A DNA stretch of 62,128 nt, counting the filler. It is 12 parts of 12 records of this genome, joined end to end, with 100 filler letters (N's around TTAATTAATTAA, not from the genome) between each part and the next. Parts side by side here need not be neighbours in the genome. Positions count along the whole stretch, not along the records: positions 19,738 to 25,143 come from SRR7504441_4567; positions 25,244 to 37,599 come from SRR7504441_4574; 10 more parts are not named here. The stretch is one strand, 5' to 3'. The notes beneath the pieces were generated by a model that saw only the letters and a list, made by a program, of their open reading frames with translations, was not told where the DNA came from and did not search any database. Shown here in pieces: positions 22,701-34,786 of the stretch (position 1 is its first letter; each line of letters starts with the position of its first letter). Made by a program: the position numbers and the translations under genes.

Positions 22701-25143
22701 ACTCAATCAATCTGAACGAATTTGACAGGTGTACAGTCTCCCAAGAATTGCTGGCTCAGCAGTTCATGTGGGATGCCATGAGCAATATGAAGTTTGAGGA
22801 TGTGGATAGAGAAGAACACCGCAAGCTATGGAACCGTTGGTATGATCGGCTGGCAAGCAAGTCATGGCCTACAAGGGTTGTTTATGATGAATTAGCATCT
22901 GAGTTTCCGGAGGTGCAGGGGCCACTGTCTGTTCTGATGAGGACTGGTCCAGAGTTACACGACATATTCACTGGATTGGTTGATCCATTGTCACTGCTCT
23001 TCTATGGAGGCGATATGGATGAGGCAGAGGCCTTTTATGCAGCATCCCTATCGGCGCAGCTCTACAATAAGTTGGCTGCAGATGCCATCAGGGCACTTGT
23101 GGCAGACATGCATCGGAATGACCAGAATTATCTCAGGCTCTTGGAGATCGGAGGTGGCACTGGGGCTACCACAGCAAGTGTACTCCCTGTGCTCCCAGCA
23201 GAGAGCTGTGAATATTGGTTTACTGATTTATCTGAGGCATTTCTGAGCCGTGCTCAGGCAAGGTGGCAAAAGCACTACCCATTCGTCAAGTATGGCATTT
23301 TCAATGCCGAGTTTCTTCCTCAAGAACAGGGGTATGCTGCTCATTGCACCGATGCGGTCATTGCAGTCAATGTGCTGCACGCAACAAGAGATCTGAAAGA
23401 GACACTCACCACTGTGTATGAGCTGCTCCGATTTGGAGGGATTCTTGTACTATCTGAAATTACTGAGATAAGGGAGACTGCAGTGTTGGATGCAACCTGG
23501 GGTCTCACTGATGGTTGGTGGCTCTTTAATGATGGTCGCAATTTTGCCCCACAATCACGAGAGCAGTGGGACACATGGTTTGAAGCAACAGGGTTTGAGC
23601 TTGTACCAGGTGCTGCGCAGCCACAGTTAGGTGGCAGGACAACACTGGAAGGCCAAACTGTGTTTGTTGCCTGTTCAAAGGGGCCTGTCAGTGTTGGCAG
23701 GCTGCCCTGCTCCATTGAAGCAACACGCTGTGGTCCAAATCAGAATTACATGGTGACAGGAGGTCTCGGAGGTGTTGGACTCGCCACTGCTCAATGGCTT
23801 GTAGAGTGCCACCATGTAGCTTCTGTGGTTCTCACCTCACGCAGTGGCAGAATGAAAGACGCCTTTGACCAGATTAAGCTAGACAACATCAAGGCAACCA
23901 GCCATGCAGTTGTTCGGACTGCTGCCTGTGATGTGACTAAAATCGATGAGTTGAGAGGTCTGATAGCGCAAGATGAAACCGAGACTGGCCTTCAGCTTCA
24001 TGGCTTGATGCACAGTGTTGGGTTGCTTTCTGACGCTCTGATTGACAATCAGACTATTGCCTCTTTCCAGACTGTACTTGCACCCAAGGCTGATGGTGCA
24101 CAGCATCTCCATAAACTGACTCAGCAACTTCTCCTGGACTGCTTTGTGGTCTTCTCATCTCTAATGGGTGTGATTGGGGCACCAGGGCAGTCTCCGCACG
24201 CTTCTGCAAATGTGATTCTCGACTCTTTGATTCAGCACCGAAAAGGCACTGGGCAACTTGGCCTTAGCTTGCAGTGGGGGATTTGGTCTCAGATTGGTTA
24301 TGCAGCTCGTGTTGGAGCCGATGTGTCCAATGCCGGAGTAATACCCAGTTTCACCCCAGCAGTTGGGATGCGGACGGTAAGATCAGCTCTGCACTGTGTT
24401 GGTATTGCGCTGATCAGTCCACTGACAACTGGTATCATATCTGCTTTCCCAGGAGTTCAGCATCTTGTCAAGGGGTTGGACCATATGCTCAAGGATCGTT
24501 CTGAGGTGGCAGAAACAGGCACCAAGGAGCAGCAGACAACAGAGGATTCAAGTTCTGGATTGATAACACAGCTGCAAGGACTCAGTGGTAATGATCGGCA
24601 TGAAGCACTTCTTCAGTTTGTTACTTCCAAGGTGTTTGAGACCGCAGGCGTGGAGATCCAGTGTGCAGACGTGCTTGTGGATGGAGGTGTCGATTCCTTG
24701 GCTGCAGTTGAGCTTCGCAGCACGTTGCAACGCGCAATAGGCAAAAGTCTTAAGCTCCCTTCCAACCTGATCAATGATTTCCCAACAGTCGAAGCTATCT
24801 CGACCTTTATCGATGGCGGCTTGGAGGTCGACTTAGAGCCCACATTGGTCTCACAGTTGCAGGTCCTATCATCGGATACCAGCACACCAGCAGCACATGT
24901 ATCGATATCAGTGGCAGGCGCTGCCTGTTGTGCCGGCGGAGGCATCAAAAGTTTGCCTCATTTCTGGTCAAACCTGTGTGAGAGTGTCTGCATGGTAACA
25001 GATGCTCCTCCTGAGCGTTGGTCTAGTGCCGTAAAGGCAAAGGTTGGACCCGGAGCTCAGGATGCAATGTACAGGGCTGCTTTCATGGAAGATATTGAAA
25101 TGTTTGATCACAGCTTCTTTGGGCTCTCTGCAACACAAGCACG
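19738..25143 (+). CDS. Internal fragment of a modular type I polyketide synthase lacking AT: KS-DH-cMT-KR-ACP-KS
   Basis: KS DTACSSS (~20342), HGTGT (~20752) and KSQLGH; DH HQAGHIPLVPG (~21308); MT LLEIGGGTG (~23140); KR GGLGGVG (~23760); ACP GVDSL (~24690); next KS from ~24900. Open at both contig ends, intronless, lower GC. Confidence 0.95.
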
Positions 25144-25243
25144 NNNNNNNNNNNNNNNNNNNNNNNNNNNNNNNNNNNNNNNNNNNNTTAATTAATTAAN
25201 NNNNNNNNNNNNNNNNNNNNNNNNNNNNNNNNNNNNNNNNNNN

Positions 25244-26040
25244 AAGGCGGCGGCGCTTGCATTGATGTCGCCCAAGGATAGGGCTGCAGCATGGGAGGCC
25301 ATGTCGCCAGAGGAGAAGGCCGCAGCACTAGCAGCAGGCCTGCAGGATGGCGCTGAAAGCCAGCTGTTGACTCCAGCACAGAAAAAGCTCGCCAAGTCGC
25401 TGTTCGCGCACCTTAGTGGTGCCTTAAACCCCCAACCGGTCCAACTGGCTGTCACAGGTGGGCTGCCCGCTGCTGGCAAGCAGGTGCTCGAAGGGCTGCT
25501 CCCTGGTGACCCGAGCATCTGATGCGCTCTAACTGACGTCCACAGGCGAGGGCTACCTGCAACCGGGCGCATTCAAGACGGAGGCAGTGCGCAGATTGCG
25601 GCAGGAGGCGGTTGCGGTTGCTGAGCGGGCCACGCTGATCAAGCAGGCAGTCGAGGAGGATGGAGCGGTGGGCCGGTGGATGGACGAATTGTTTGAGGAA
25701 GGCGCCGGCCAAATGAGCCAAGCAGCGTTTGTGCGGCTGCTCGGGATGATCGGCGACGAGTACGGCTTGGACCGAGTGCAGGTGCGCGGGCTGGCGCAGC
25801 AGAAACTAACAGCCATGGCAGGTGTGGGTGGATGCAGTAGTGGAGGCCATGAAGCGGGTCGGATTGTGGAGCCCGTTGGTCGATCTGTCTAGCTGTGGCC
25901 AGGAGTTGAGCGAGCTGTCTGTGGAGGAGATGGTGCTAGGAGCGGATGCTGAAGATGCCGAGGGCCCCAAGAGGGAGGTGGTGAGTAGACACGTCAAAGC
26001 TTGCGTCAGTTGCAACCTACCTGGTTTTGCTTTCAAGTGA
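25244..26040 (+). CDS. 3' fragment of a hypothetical protein with AAALxxMSPEE helical repeats and an EF-hand-like segment
   Basis: KAAALALMSPKDRAAAWEAMSPEEKAAALAA. ORFs 25262, 25587 and 25822 are joined by two ~40-nt GT-AG introns. Confidence 0.6.
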
Positions 26041-26173
26041 CAAACTTCGGAACCTTCTAGGAACCTTCCTTGCTTGATTCAAGTGCTTTCAAAATTAAAT
26101 TCATTGGCGACCGTTCCCATGCATGCTAGTTGGTTCTACCTTGTCAAGAGATCTATCACTAATCTATCATTAA

Positions 26174-29100
26174 CTAATGCGCTCCTACACCGCTCTCCAC
26201 ATCGCCAAAGTCGTCCAAATCTACGTCGTCGAGTCCATCCTCGGCAGCCGAGTTTGCAATGATGTCTTCGTCTTCCTCATGCAAGGTCTGCACAGCCAAA
26301 CCATTCACAGCCACGCTCATCTAGGCAGGGCCGACCTGGAACGTCTGCATTGCTACATTTTGGCGGTCGATCTTCTGGTAATGATCCGGGCTGCTGGACG
26401 ACATGCAGGCCACTATCACGCAAATGATGACCAGGATTCCCGCCCCGACTCCAAGTGCTGCCCAGAAATACAGCGTGCGGCGGGGCTTGGCGGATTTCTT
26501 CCCTTCTTGCTCAGGCTGCTCTGCTTCTTCAAACCAAATGCGGTAGCTCAGCTCATCGGGCGAGTCTACTTGGATTGATACAAATGAAGGTTTCGCTGCC
26601 GTTTCCATCGAGGACCGCACGAACTCTCGGAGCTGAGAAGCGTTGTGGATCATGGAGATCGCGTTCTTTGTTAGCGTCTGCTCTTCCTGGGAAAGACCGA
26701 ACTGCAAATCGTACACTTGCGACCCAGCACCGTGGGTGTGATAAACATAGCCTGCAGTCGCTTGAGCATCGTGATGCTGCAACTCCAGCCAGTCGTTGCT
26801 GCCTGCCTTCGTTCCATAAACACCTGCACAAATCCGCTTTGTCAAACACTTCAACAAGGTGGACTTACGCAGCAATGGGAGTGCCTTGGTCGATCTTTCA
26901 TCAGCGGCCTCGATGTGGATCAGGAAGACGCCGCCAGTAAAACTCTTTGGAGCCACCGGCTGGATCAATCCAAACAGACCGGAGTCCTCCTGAGATGAGA
27001 CAGGTGGACTGACTTTGTAGCACATGTGGCTATCTGCGCTTATGGACATAGGATATTCTTGGTCATTTTGAATTCCGGCGTCCACTGGAAACTTGCAGGT
27101 AGGCCCAAAGTTCTGGAACTGCAATGTGAAGGGCACCGCCTCTGGAGACGGCTCGGCCACGACCACAAACTTGACAATCGTAGTGCTCGCCTTTTTTATA
27201 ACGCGGTCGCATGAATTCGCTTGCGTGAAGTCGTCTGAACACAAACAAGGTCATGCGGGGCTCGTGTCAAAAAGTCCGCACCGACTCTTGACGCACAATA
27301 CGAGTAACTCGCTTCGCCTCCTTGTCCGGTTTTGCCGTGCAGCGTGAGCTCGTCGCCCAACTGGTGCACTGCACTCTGCCGTTGGGCGAAGATGTGCAGT
27401 TTTCCCGTTGTTGCGGGGGTCAGCTTGACCGTGATGCGATCGGAGTGTTGCAAGTCCTGCTCCGAAAGGGATAGAAGATAGCATGCTGTAACCTGGCTCT
27501 TCTTTTCAAGGTCGGAAACTGCCTTGCCAAGGATCCGGCGGCCAAGTGGCACTCGGTCCTCAAATGTACACACTGGAGACGTCAGCTCAAACTGCACCTG
27601 CCGCTGCATTTAGCCACAATCATGCTGGGCACCCACCTTGACGGCATCAATTCCTCCCGGTCTACGGCCGCTTGGCAACCAGGGGGCATCCATAGCAAGC
27701 TGGAATTGCTTGCGCTCTGGCGGCGAGATGAGATCGTAACTGAAGACCCTTGTCTGCATAGCCTTGCTGGCCAGGGGCACCCCGGACCAAAAGGTGCTCT
27801 TGACCTTACTTGGCGAGTGGGCGTCCTGAAATTCCCTCGATAATCTTTCTTTGATCATTTTGAGCACCGAGAGGAAGCCATGGCGCAGCCCCTTCATCTT
27901 TCCAGCCACTTCAGGAGGCTTGGGCATCATGGGTGCCATCTTGGAAGTCTCAAGTGTCTTGAGCTGTAGAATAGGCAGGTCCGAGTCGGCACTCACAGTC
28001 ACCTTGACTTTGCCATACAAGTGTCGCTCGGGTGGGAGCACCAGGTTGATGCAGCGAGCCTTCTGCGGCTGCAGGGACATCTGGATCGAATTATTGACTG
28101 GCAGCTGCACGGGGGCGAGCGTGTTGTCGCAGGGGGTGATCTCGGACGCTTCCTTGTTGGCAGTCCCTTTGGCCCCTCGAGTGTCAAAGGAGACGATGGT
28201 AGTTTGCACGTCGAGTGTGGAAGAGATGACGGCCACAGGCAGCGGGCCAGTACCCATCTTGGGCATCGGACCAGTGAAAGTGCGCTCCATCGGGGCCTCT
28301 GTTGACACCATCTTCATCTGGCGCCACTGGCCATCCACGAACGAGTAGGCTCGGTAGAACTCGGCCACTCCCTCTTTGTCCGCCTGGACTGTCACAGAGA
28401 AGTCCACGTTCCGGCCTTTCTGCCTGAACTTTGGCGGGACCATCACCCTGATGCACATTGGGTGCGAGACGGAGATCTTTGCCGGGTCGGCGATCTTGTA
28501 CAGCCGGCCAGTCCGATGCTTGACCCAAGACTGCTCGCCGGTGAGCGAACTCCTCGGCCACAGCCCGGCCCTCGTCTCAAACTGCGAGCCTTTCTTGCTC
28601 CCAACGGCGCCCTTCCTGGTCACGCCATGACAGCCGTCATCCTGAGAGCAGTCCCGCTGGGCAAGAACCAGGCTGTTCTGAACTTTGCAGCCGTTCTTGG
28701 GGCACCCAGGCAGATACCCAAGCAGCGCTTTCGAGTATGGCGTGCTGCAGTCCAGCTCTGGCTCACGGAACAGCACTCGAAAGGGCATGTTCTTCCTGGC
28801 GGCGACCATCACCATCGCCTGCATCTTGGTACCAATCACCATCTGTGGCACAGGGATCTTGAAACTCGACTGCACCTCCTTCCCAACCAGGTGCGAGGCG
28901 CCCGGACCGAGCTCGATCTTGTTCCACGAGTTGACCATCTTGTACCTGACGAACACCCGGAAGTTGGACTGCAGCTCGGCCGCGGTGTTAAGCAACGCCT
29001 CAATGTAGTTCCCCGGGGCGTGCTCACCAGGCACTGGCACCCTGAAGCACGCAGTAGGCCCGCCCTCGAGCGCGCGCGACTGGGTGCTGGCGAACTCGGT

Positions 29101-30000
29101 GAGCTTCAACAGCGAGCCGGCCGGGCACTCGAGCAGCCCGGCTACGTGCACGTTGTACCGGACCGGGTGCCGCGGGGAGGTTATGACAGCGAATTGGAGC
29201 TGGGTGTTGACGCCCTTCTTCACAGGGAGTGCTCGGAACGAAGGGCTCTGGGGGTCCGGCAACAGCAGCGTCCACGGCCCGAACCCGGCTGCTGGTCTGC
29301 GCCCGACTGCGATTTGGGCGGTGAGCGCCGAACGCACGAGCACAGTCACGTTGCCTGAGGGCGGGCTGTCCGAGATGACCAGCCCTGCGCGGCCCTGGTC
29401 AGCATCGAATGGAGCCTCCTCGTGCACGGTGAGCGCCATGCAGGCTAGAGGGTCCGACTGGGCGATCGGGGTGTCGCGCATCACTCGGACAAACCCGCAG
29501 GACGGACCGGGCTGCCAGAGCTTGAGGTTGAGGCCGAGCATTGAGTGGTTCGGGTGCCCCTCGGACGGCTTGACTTGGACGGCCAGGGTCAGATTGTGCG
29601 CGAGCATCCCGGTCGGCAGCTTGTCAAACACGAAGTGGGCCTTGCGGCCGACCACCGGCTGGCCCGGCGCCCCGCCCTGTTCCAGAACCATCTGGCTCGC
29701 GGTGTGAAACAAGGCCTGCTTGCCCAGCCCTACGCCCCCGACCCGGAGCCAGAGATCGGCCGGCTCGTCCGCGGCCAGGTCGATCGCCAGCTGGCCGAAT
29801 GAGATGTCCTCGGGCCGGACGTTTAGGGTGACGCAGCTGGTCTTGCCCCCCACCGCCACCGGCCTAAAGGTGCTGGTGGGCTCGCCTTGCGGGGCGGTCA
29901 TCGCCACGCTCCCGGCCAACGCGTCGCATGCGAGCATCTTGGCCGCCCGCGCGGTGCTCAGCCAGGCGCAGGCCACCAGCAGCTGCCACAGGGGAGGCAT
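26174..30000 (-). CDS. Large type I membrane protein of unknown function (signal peptide, beta-rich ectodomain, one TM, acidic tail)
   Basis: MPPLWQLLVACAWLSTARA at 30000. ORFs 27610-30162, 27196-27609 and 26321-27244 are linked by short introns. TM LYFWAALGVGAGILVIICVIVACM. Last exon TLHEEDEDII...GVGAH* ends at 26174. Confidence 0.75.
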
Positions 30001-30106
30001 CGGCGTGATCGCGCGTGCTGCAGCTGCTGTGTTGGCGTTCGGTTGCCCACTTGCCCTCGAGTCGCGATCGTCACAAGGCCTGGGCTGGCCGCGGCTGAGC
30101 GGCGAG

Positions 30107-32638
30107 ATGGGGGACGAGCTGGCCGAGCAGGAGGCGCGGGACGGGATCCGGCTCTCGTTCAATGTGTGGCCGAGCTCGCGCTTCGAGGCCTCGCGCGCGG
30201 CCGCGCCGTTCGGGGCGGTCTGGTCGCCCGCAAAGCAGCTGCCAGGACTGATGGTCCCGCCCGCCGCAGAGCCGGTCCGGAGCCGCGGGGTAGGTGCTGC
30301 CGTACGAGCCGGTGTTGTGCAAGACCTGCTCTGCGGTGCTCAATCCGTACGCCAAGGTGGGTCCGCCCGGGCGTCGGTCAGGGCTCCGGCAGGTTAACTT
30401 TGATGCCAAGACTTGGGAGTGCCCGTTCTGCTTCAAGTGGTCGGCCTTCCCGCCGCACTACTCGCAGATCGGTCCGAACGCGCTGCCGGCCGAGATGATC
30501 CCAGGCAGCACCACGGTGGGTCGGCCTGCGCGGCTGGGCCGGAGGGCGGACAGGTCGAGTACGACTTACCGCAGAGCCGGACGCTGGTGGGCCCGGCCAT
30601 CATGTTCGTGGTGGATTTAGTTAACATCCCCGAGGAGCTTGCCGCGCTCACCGCCGCGATCATCAACACAGTCAGTCTGCTCCCGCCCGACACCCGGATC
30701 GGGCTGGTCACTTTCGGGCGTGATGTTTTTGTCCACGAGCTGTCGGCCTCCGAGGTGCTCCGAAGCCACATGGTCAAGGGCGACGCGGCCTGCACCACCC
30801 AACAGATCCAGGAGATGCTCTTCTCCCCGGTGGCGGGCGGTTCCGGGGTCTCGCACACGCGGCAGCATTCTCTGGACAACCTATACTTAGTGACCAGGGA
30901 GCGGTGCGAATTCGAGTTTTCTTCGGTACTCGAAGACGCCGAGCCGGCCACATGGCCGGTCCCCAATGGCGAGCGGCAGCCGCGGTGCACCGGGGCGGCA
31001 TTGGCTGTGGCCATGTCGCTGCTCGAGCTGGGCGCGCCGTGCGTGGGTAGTCGGATTGTACTGCTCTCGGGAGGCCCGTGTACTGTCGGGCCCGGGACGG
31101 TTGTGGCGCTCGGGCAGGAGCACAAGATGCGCTCGCACTCGGACCTGGCCAAGGGCCTGGCCACGTTCAACGCCGCCGCCGAGACGTTTTACAGCGGGCT
31201 CGCGGGCAGGATGGCAAAGGCGGGGATCGTGTGCGACTTGCTCGGGGTGGGGCTGGACCAGCTGGGGCTGCTCGAGATGCGCTTCCTGACCGAGTTCACC
31301 GGAGGCATGCTGGTCAACCACGAGGCGTTCCGCGGGGGGGTGCAGGGTGAGGTCTTCACCAACTCGCTCCTAAAGATGTTTGAGCCCGGCCCAAACGGCC
31401 AGCTGCCGCACTGCTACAACGCCTCGGTCGAGGTGCGCTGCGGGCAGGAGTTCAAGGTATGCGGCGCGATTGGGCCGCTGGTTAGTCGGAACGAGTCGCA
31501 CAACTGCGTGTCGGAGCTGGAGATCGGGGTCAGTGGCACGCGCTCGTGGCGGATGGTCGGGCTCGATCCGAGCTCGAGCATCTCGCTCTACTTCGAGATC
31601 ACCAACGCCGCCAACACCCCAGCGCATGGCCGGGCGATGCAGCTGCAGCTGCTCTGCCACTACACCAGCCCGACCGGACAGTCCCGGCTGAGAGTGACCA
31701 CGCTCGCACGAAGCTGGGCCTCTTACAACGAGTCGGCCAAGGTCGGGCAGAGCTTCGACCAGGAGACGGCCGCCGTGCTCACGGCCCGGCTGGTCTCGTG
31801 GCGGGCTCAGCGCGAGGAGGTGTTTGACGTGATACGCTGGCTCGATCGGATGCTCATCAGGTTGTGTGCCAAGTTTGGCCAGTATAAAAAGGACGACCCG
31901 GGCTCGTTCACGCTCCCGAGCAACATCTCGATATTCCCGCAGTTCATGTTCCACCTCCGCCGGTCGCAGTTCCTCCAGGTGTTCAATTCGAGCCCAGACG
32001 AGACAAGTTACTTCCGGTACCATCTGATCAAGCAGCCGGTCGCGCAGTGCCTGGTCATGATCCAGCCAACACTCGTCTCGTACTCGCTCACCAACGCGCC
32101 GCACCCGGTGCTGCTCGACAACGCCAATATTCTGCCCGACCGGGTGTGGATTGCTCTTACTAGCGGGCGTGAGCTGGGAGTCAGGTGCTGCTGCTGGATG
32201 CTTTCTTCTGGCTCACAGTTTGGACTGGCGAGACGATCGCGGCCTGGCGCAACGAGGGCTACCACGAGCTGCCCGAATACGGTGGCCCAGCGGCTGGCGC
32301 GGGCTGAGCCGGTGGCAGCCAACGTGAAGCAGCTGGTCGAGGAGCCCAAGAGGGATGTACGCGAGTTGATGAAGGGCCGGATACCGGTGCCGAGGCTGAT
32401 CGAGACCGACCAGCATAAGAGCCAGAGCAGGCAGCTCCCGGCGGCGGCCGCTCCGGTGAGCAGGGACGGTGGCAGGTTTTTGCTTGCCAAGCTTAATCCG
32501 TCGATCACGCATGCCAACAACCAGGCCAACAGAGATGGAGTCAGCTCGGCAGCCGCAAGTGAGGTGATCTTTACCGACGACGTCTCGCTGCAAGTGTTTG
32601 TTCAGCACTTAGGGAAGCTAGCGGTCCAAGGCCAGTGA
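30107..32638 (+). CDS. SEC23: COPII coat subunit Sec23
   Basis: EARDGIRLSFNVWPSSR, Zn finger CKTC..NPY..WECPFC, FDQETAAV, FPQFMFHLRRSQFLQVFNSSPDET, SRFLLAKLNPS, IFTDDVSLQVF. Introns 30254-30293, 30357-30392, 30516-30553, 32144-32184, 32282-32318 and 32431-32475 (GC-AG). Confidence 0.97.
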
Positions 32639-32825
32639 GGGGCGCATTTTCATTAAATGTGCATTTTATTTAATTCTTTCTTTTTTTTATTACTGCAAAA
32701 TTCTGAGGTAACGCTAATATTAACACACGCCTCGTAGAGCCACAATCGAGCGGCTCACAGTGACCCGGAGACGCGGTCTTTGTCGCACAGGAGCGCGGGG
32801 CACGCACGCAGAGCAGCTCAGAACC

Positions 32826-33479
32826 ATGGGTGGTCTCTGCGCGCCGGAGTGGACGCCTCCAGCGCCGCACACCGGCAAGGTGTGTGACAGCTGCCAGCGG
32901 GGAGAGACCGCCACCGTGGCTGGGCCTGGCCCGACCGCCGCGTGCCCGATGCCGACTACTCGTAGGAGATCGTATTCGTCTGAGCGCGGCAAAGTGCTCT
33001 ACCGGGGGTACCGCGAATGGGTCGAGTCGCTCGAGGGCAGCCAGCTGGAGGGCGGCCAGCCGGCTGGCGGCCGGCAGGCTGTCGACGAGCGGTCGGTCGA
33101 CGTGGACTCAGATTACATCTACGACATCTGCGAGCTGGAGCAGGTTCGACCCACGTTGCAGCCAGTCGGGATGGTGAATACATGCATCGACGTCGAGGGC
33201 ATCCTGACTGCCCCACATGACGCGTCGCTACAATCAATCGGGAGCGATCTGCAGCGTGTGAAGCAAGCGGTGGTCGCCAGCTGGCGGGACGCTCTGGGGC
33301 TGGACGCGATCGATGATGGCGAGAACTTTTTCGAGATTGGTGGGCACTCGGCCCTGGCGATCCAGGTCGTGGATGCTCTCTCGCGGCAGTTGAAGATCAC
33401 CGTGTCTGTGATCGAGTTGTACAGCTTTCCGACAGTGGCTGGATTTGCAGCCCAAATTGCCCAAGCCCAAGAGAGCTGA
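32826..33479 (+). CDS. Small protein with a single C-terminal phosphopantetheine carrier (PCP/ACP) domain
   Basis: WRDALGLDAIDDGENFFEIGGHSALAIQV...IELYSFPTVAGFA. N-terminus is MGGLC. Confidence 0.8.
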   Translation: MGGLCAPEWTPPAPHTGKVCDSCQRGETATVAGPGPTAACPMPTTRRRSYSSERGKVLYRGYREWVESLEGSQLEGGQPAGGRQAVDERSVDVDSDYIYDICELEQVRPTLQPVGMVNTCIDVEGILTAPHDASLQSIGSDLQRVKQAVVASWRDALGLDAIDDGENFFEIGGHSALAIQVVDALSRQLKITVSVIELYSFPTVAGFAAQIAQAQES

Positions 33480-33778
33480 CAAGACTAGAGCGCCGGTCGC
33501 CATCAAATAAATCTGATCCCCTCAGCGCTGTCCCCGGCATTGTACGAGTACGAGTACGTACTAATTTACATGTACTCGTACGTGAGTAACTTTCGTTTTT
33601 AAGGTCGCAATCTAGCTATACGAGTAGGTACGTACATGATTGTACGTACTCGTCCTAGTCATCGTTGCTTTATCATAATTACGTTTTAAGTGAGCCCCCA
33701 GTAAAATCTGTCACATGTATTTTGAAACCGTATTTTGAAGACGCAAGGTTCTAAACTATTATAATAGTCTAAGTAAGC

Positions 33779-34042
33779 TTATGTTGTGGTACTAATGGTA
33801 TCTATCTTATTGTCCGGGTTCGGATCAACCCAACTGCCCGAGGCTACTTCCCATACACGCTCGTTGAAGAGCACATTGAATAGGAATTTGAGATTGTCCC
33901 CGAACAAGTCGAGGTTATGCAATTGCAGCCCAAAATGAACCATTTCAGTGTGGAATTCCACTTGTGTGATCCCTGTCACCTCCTGCTGCAAGAAACCTAG
34001 CACCTCTTCCACGAGGCGTGGTTCTGGGTTGGACTTGAGCAT
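33779..34042 (-). CDS. Short hypothetical protein
   Basis: MLKSNPEPRLVEE...KIDTISTTT*, followed by AT-rich 3' sequence. No recognisable domain, and the start is uncertain. Confidence 0.3.
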   Translation of the reverse strand: MLKSNPEPRLVEEVLGFLQQEVTGITQVEFHTEMVHFGLQLHNLDLFGDNLKFLFNVLFNERVWEVASGSWVDPNPDNKIDTISTTT

Positions 34043-34786
34043 CTGGTCCAGCACAGGCCCAGGCAAGCCCAGCACAGGATGGATCTGAGAAGTACTGCTG
34101 CTTAGCTGCACGCCAGGCCTACACCACCCGACTCAGCACCGCAACTGGGCCCGCCTACCACTGAGCAAAAAATCTCTAAACTCGGCCGGGTAGCTCGAGC
34201 CCCCCGTCCCACCGGCCTGTTCCTGCGAACGCGCCCGGAACCAGCTGAGCGGTCGCTCCCGGAACACATATTGCATTGAGTGCCGCCGGCTCTCAATCTC
34301 GACAAGACGTAAGTAAATGTTGTAGCAATCCAAGTGCTAACTTTGATGGTGGCAGCTTGCACTCCTGGAAAAAATTGTAGACAAGGCAAAGACGATGCTT
34401 AGCCTGAAGGCAATTGCAGAGCACCTCTTAATATCCCGAGCTAATGTGTGTGTTGGTTGATAGGAGGAAGATGATGACGACAACGGTGATGCCGATGTGA
34501 GTTGGATCCATAAGAAAGTTTAATTACACCGAGTGCCTGTAGAATTTGAACACGCAGCTCATCATTTCGCCCGTAGCGCATCGCACGCCTGCAGCTTCAC
34601 CGCACATGCTACGCGTTCTAAGACAAGTTCATGTATTTGTCTCGGAACCGAAGGGTTCTCTATACGTGTAATAATAGGTACAGTCTCTATATCAAGCACA
34701 GCGAGCCACAGCTCCCCCAGGCCCAGCTTAAGACGGCAGCTTAGCACCGGAGCAGCAGCCAAACGCCACGAGCCGGCCTGTCGCGC

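Noticed and set aside
30254-32475. Introns as introner-type mobile elements
   Set aside because: The introns share length but no recognisable sequence similarity or consistent terminal inverted repeats. The short AG/G repeats at junctions are expected from splice-site preference.
19738-33479. PKS, carrier protein, ABC transporter and esterase as one biosynthetic gene cluster
   Set aside because: They lie on different contigs separated by artificial spacers, so adjacency carries no information.
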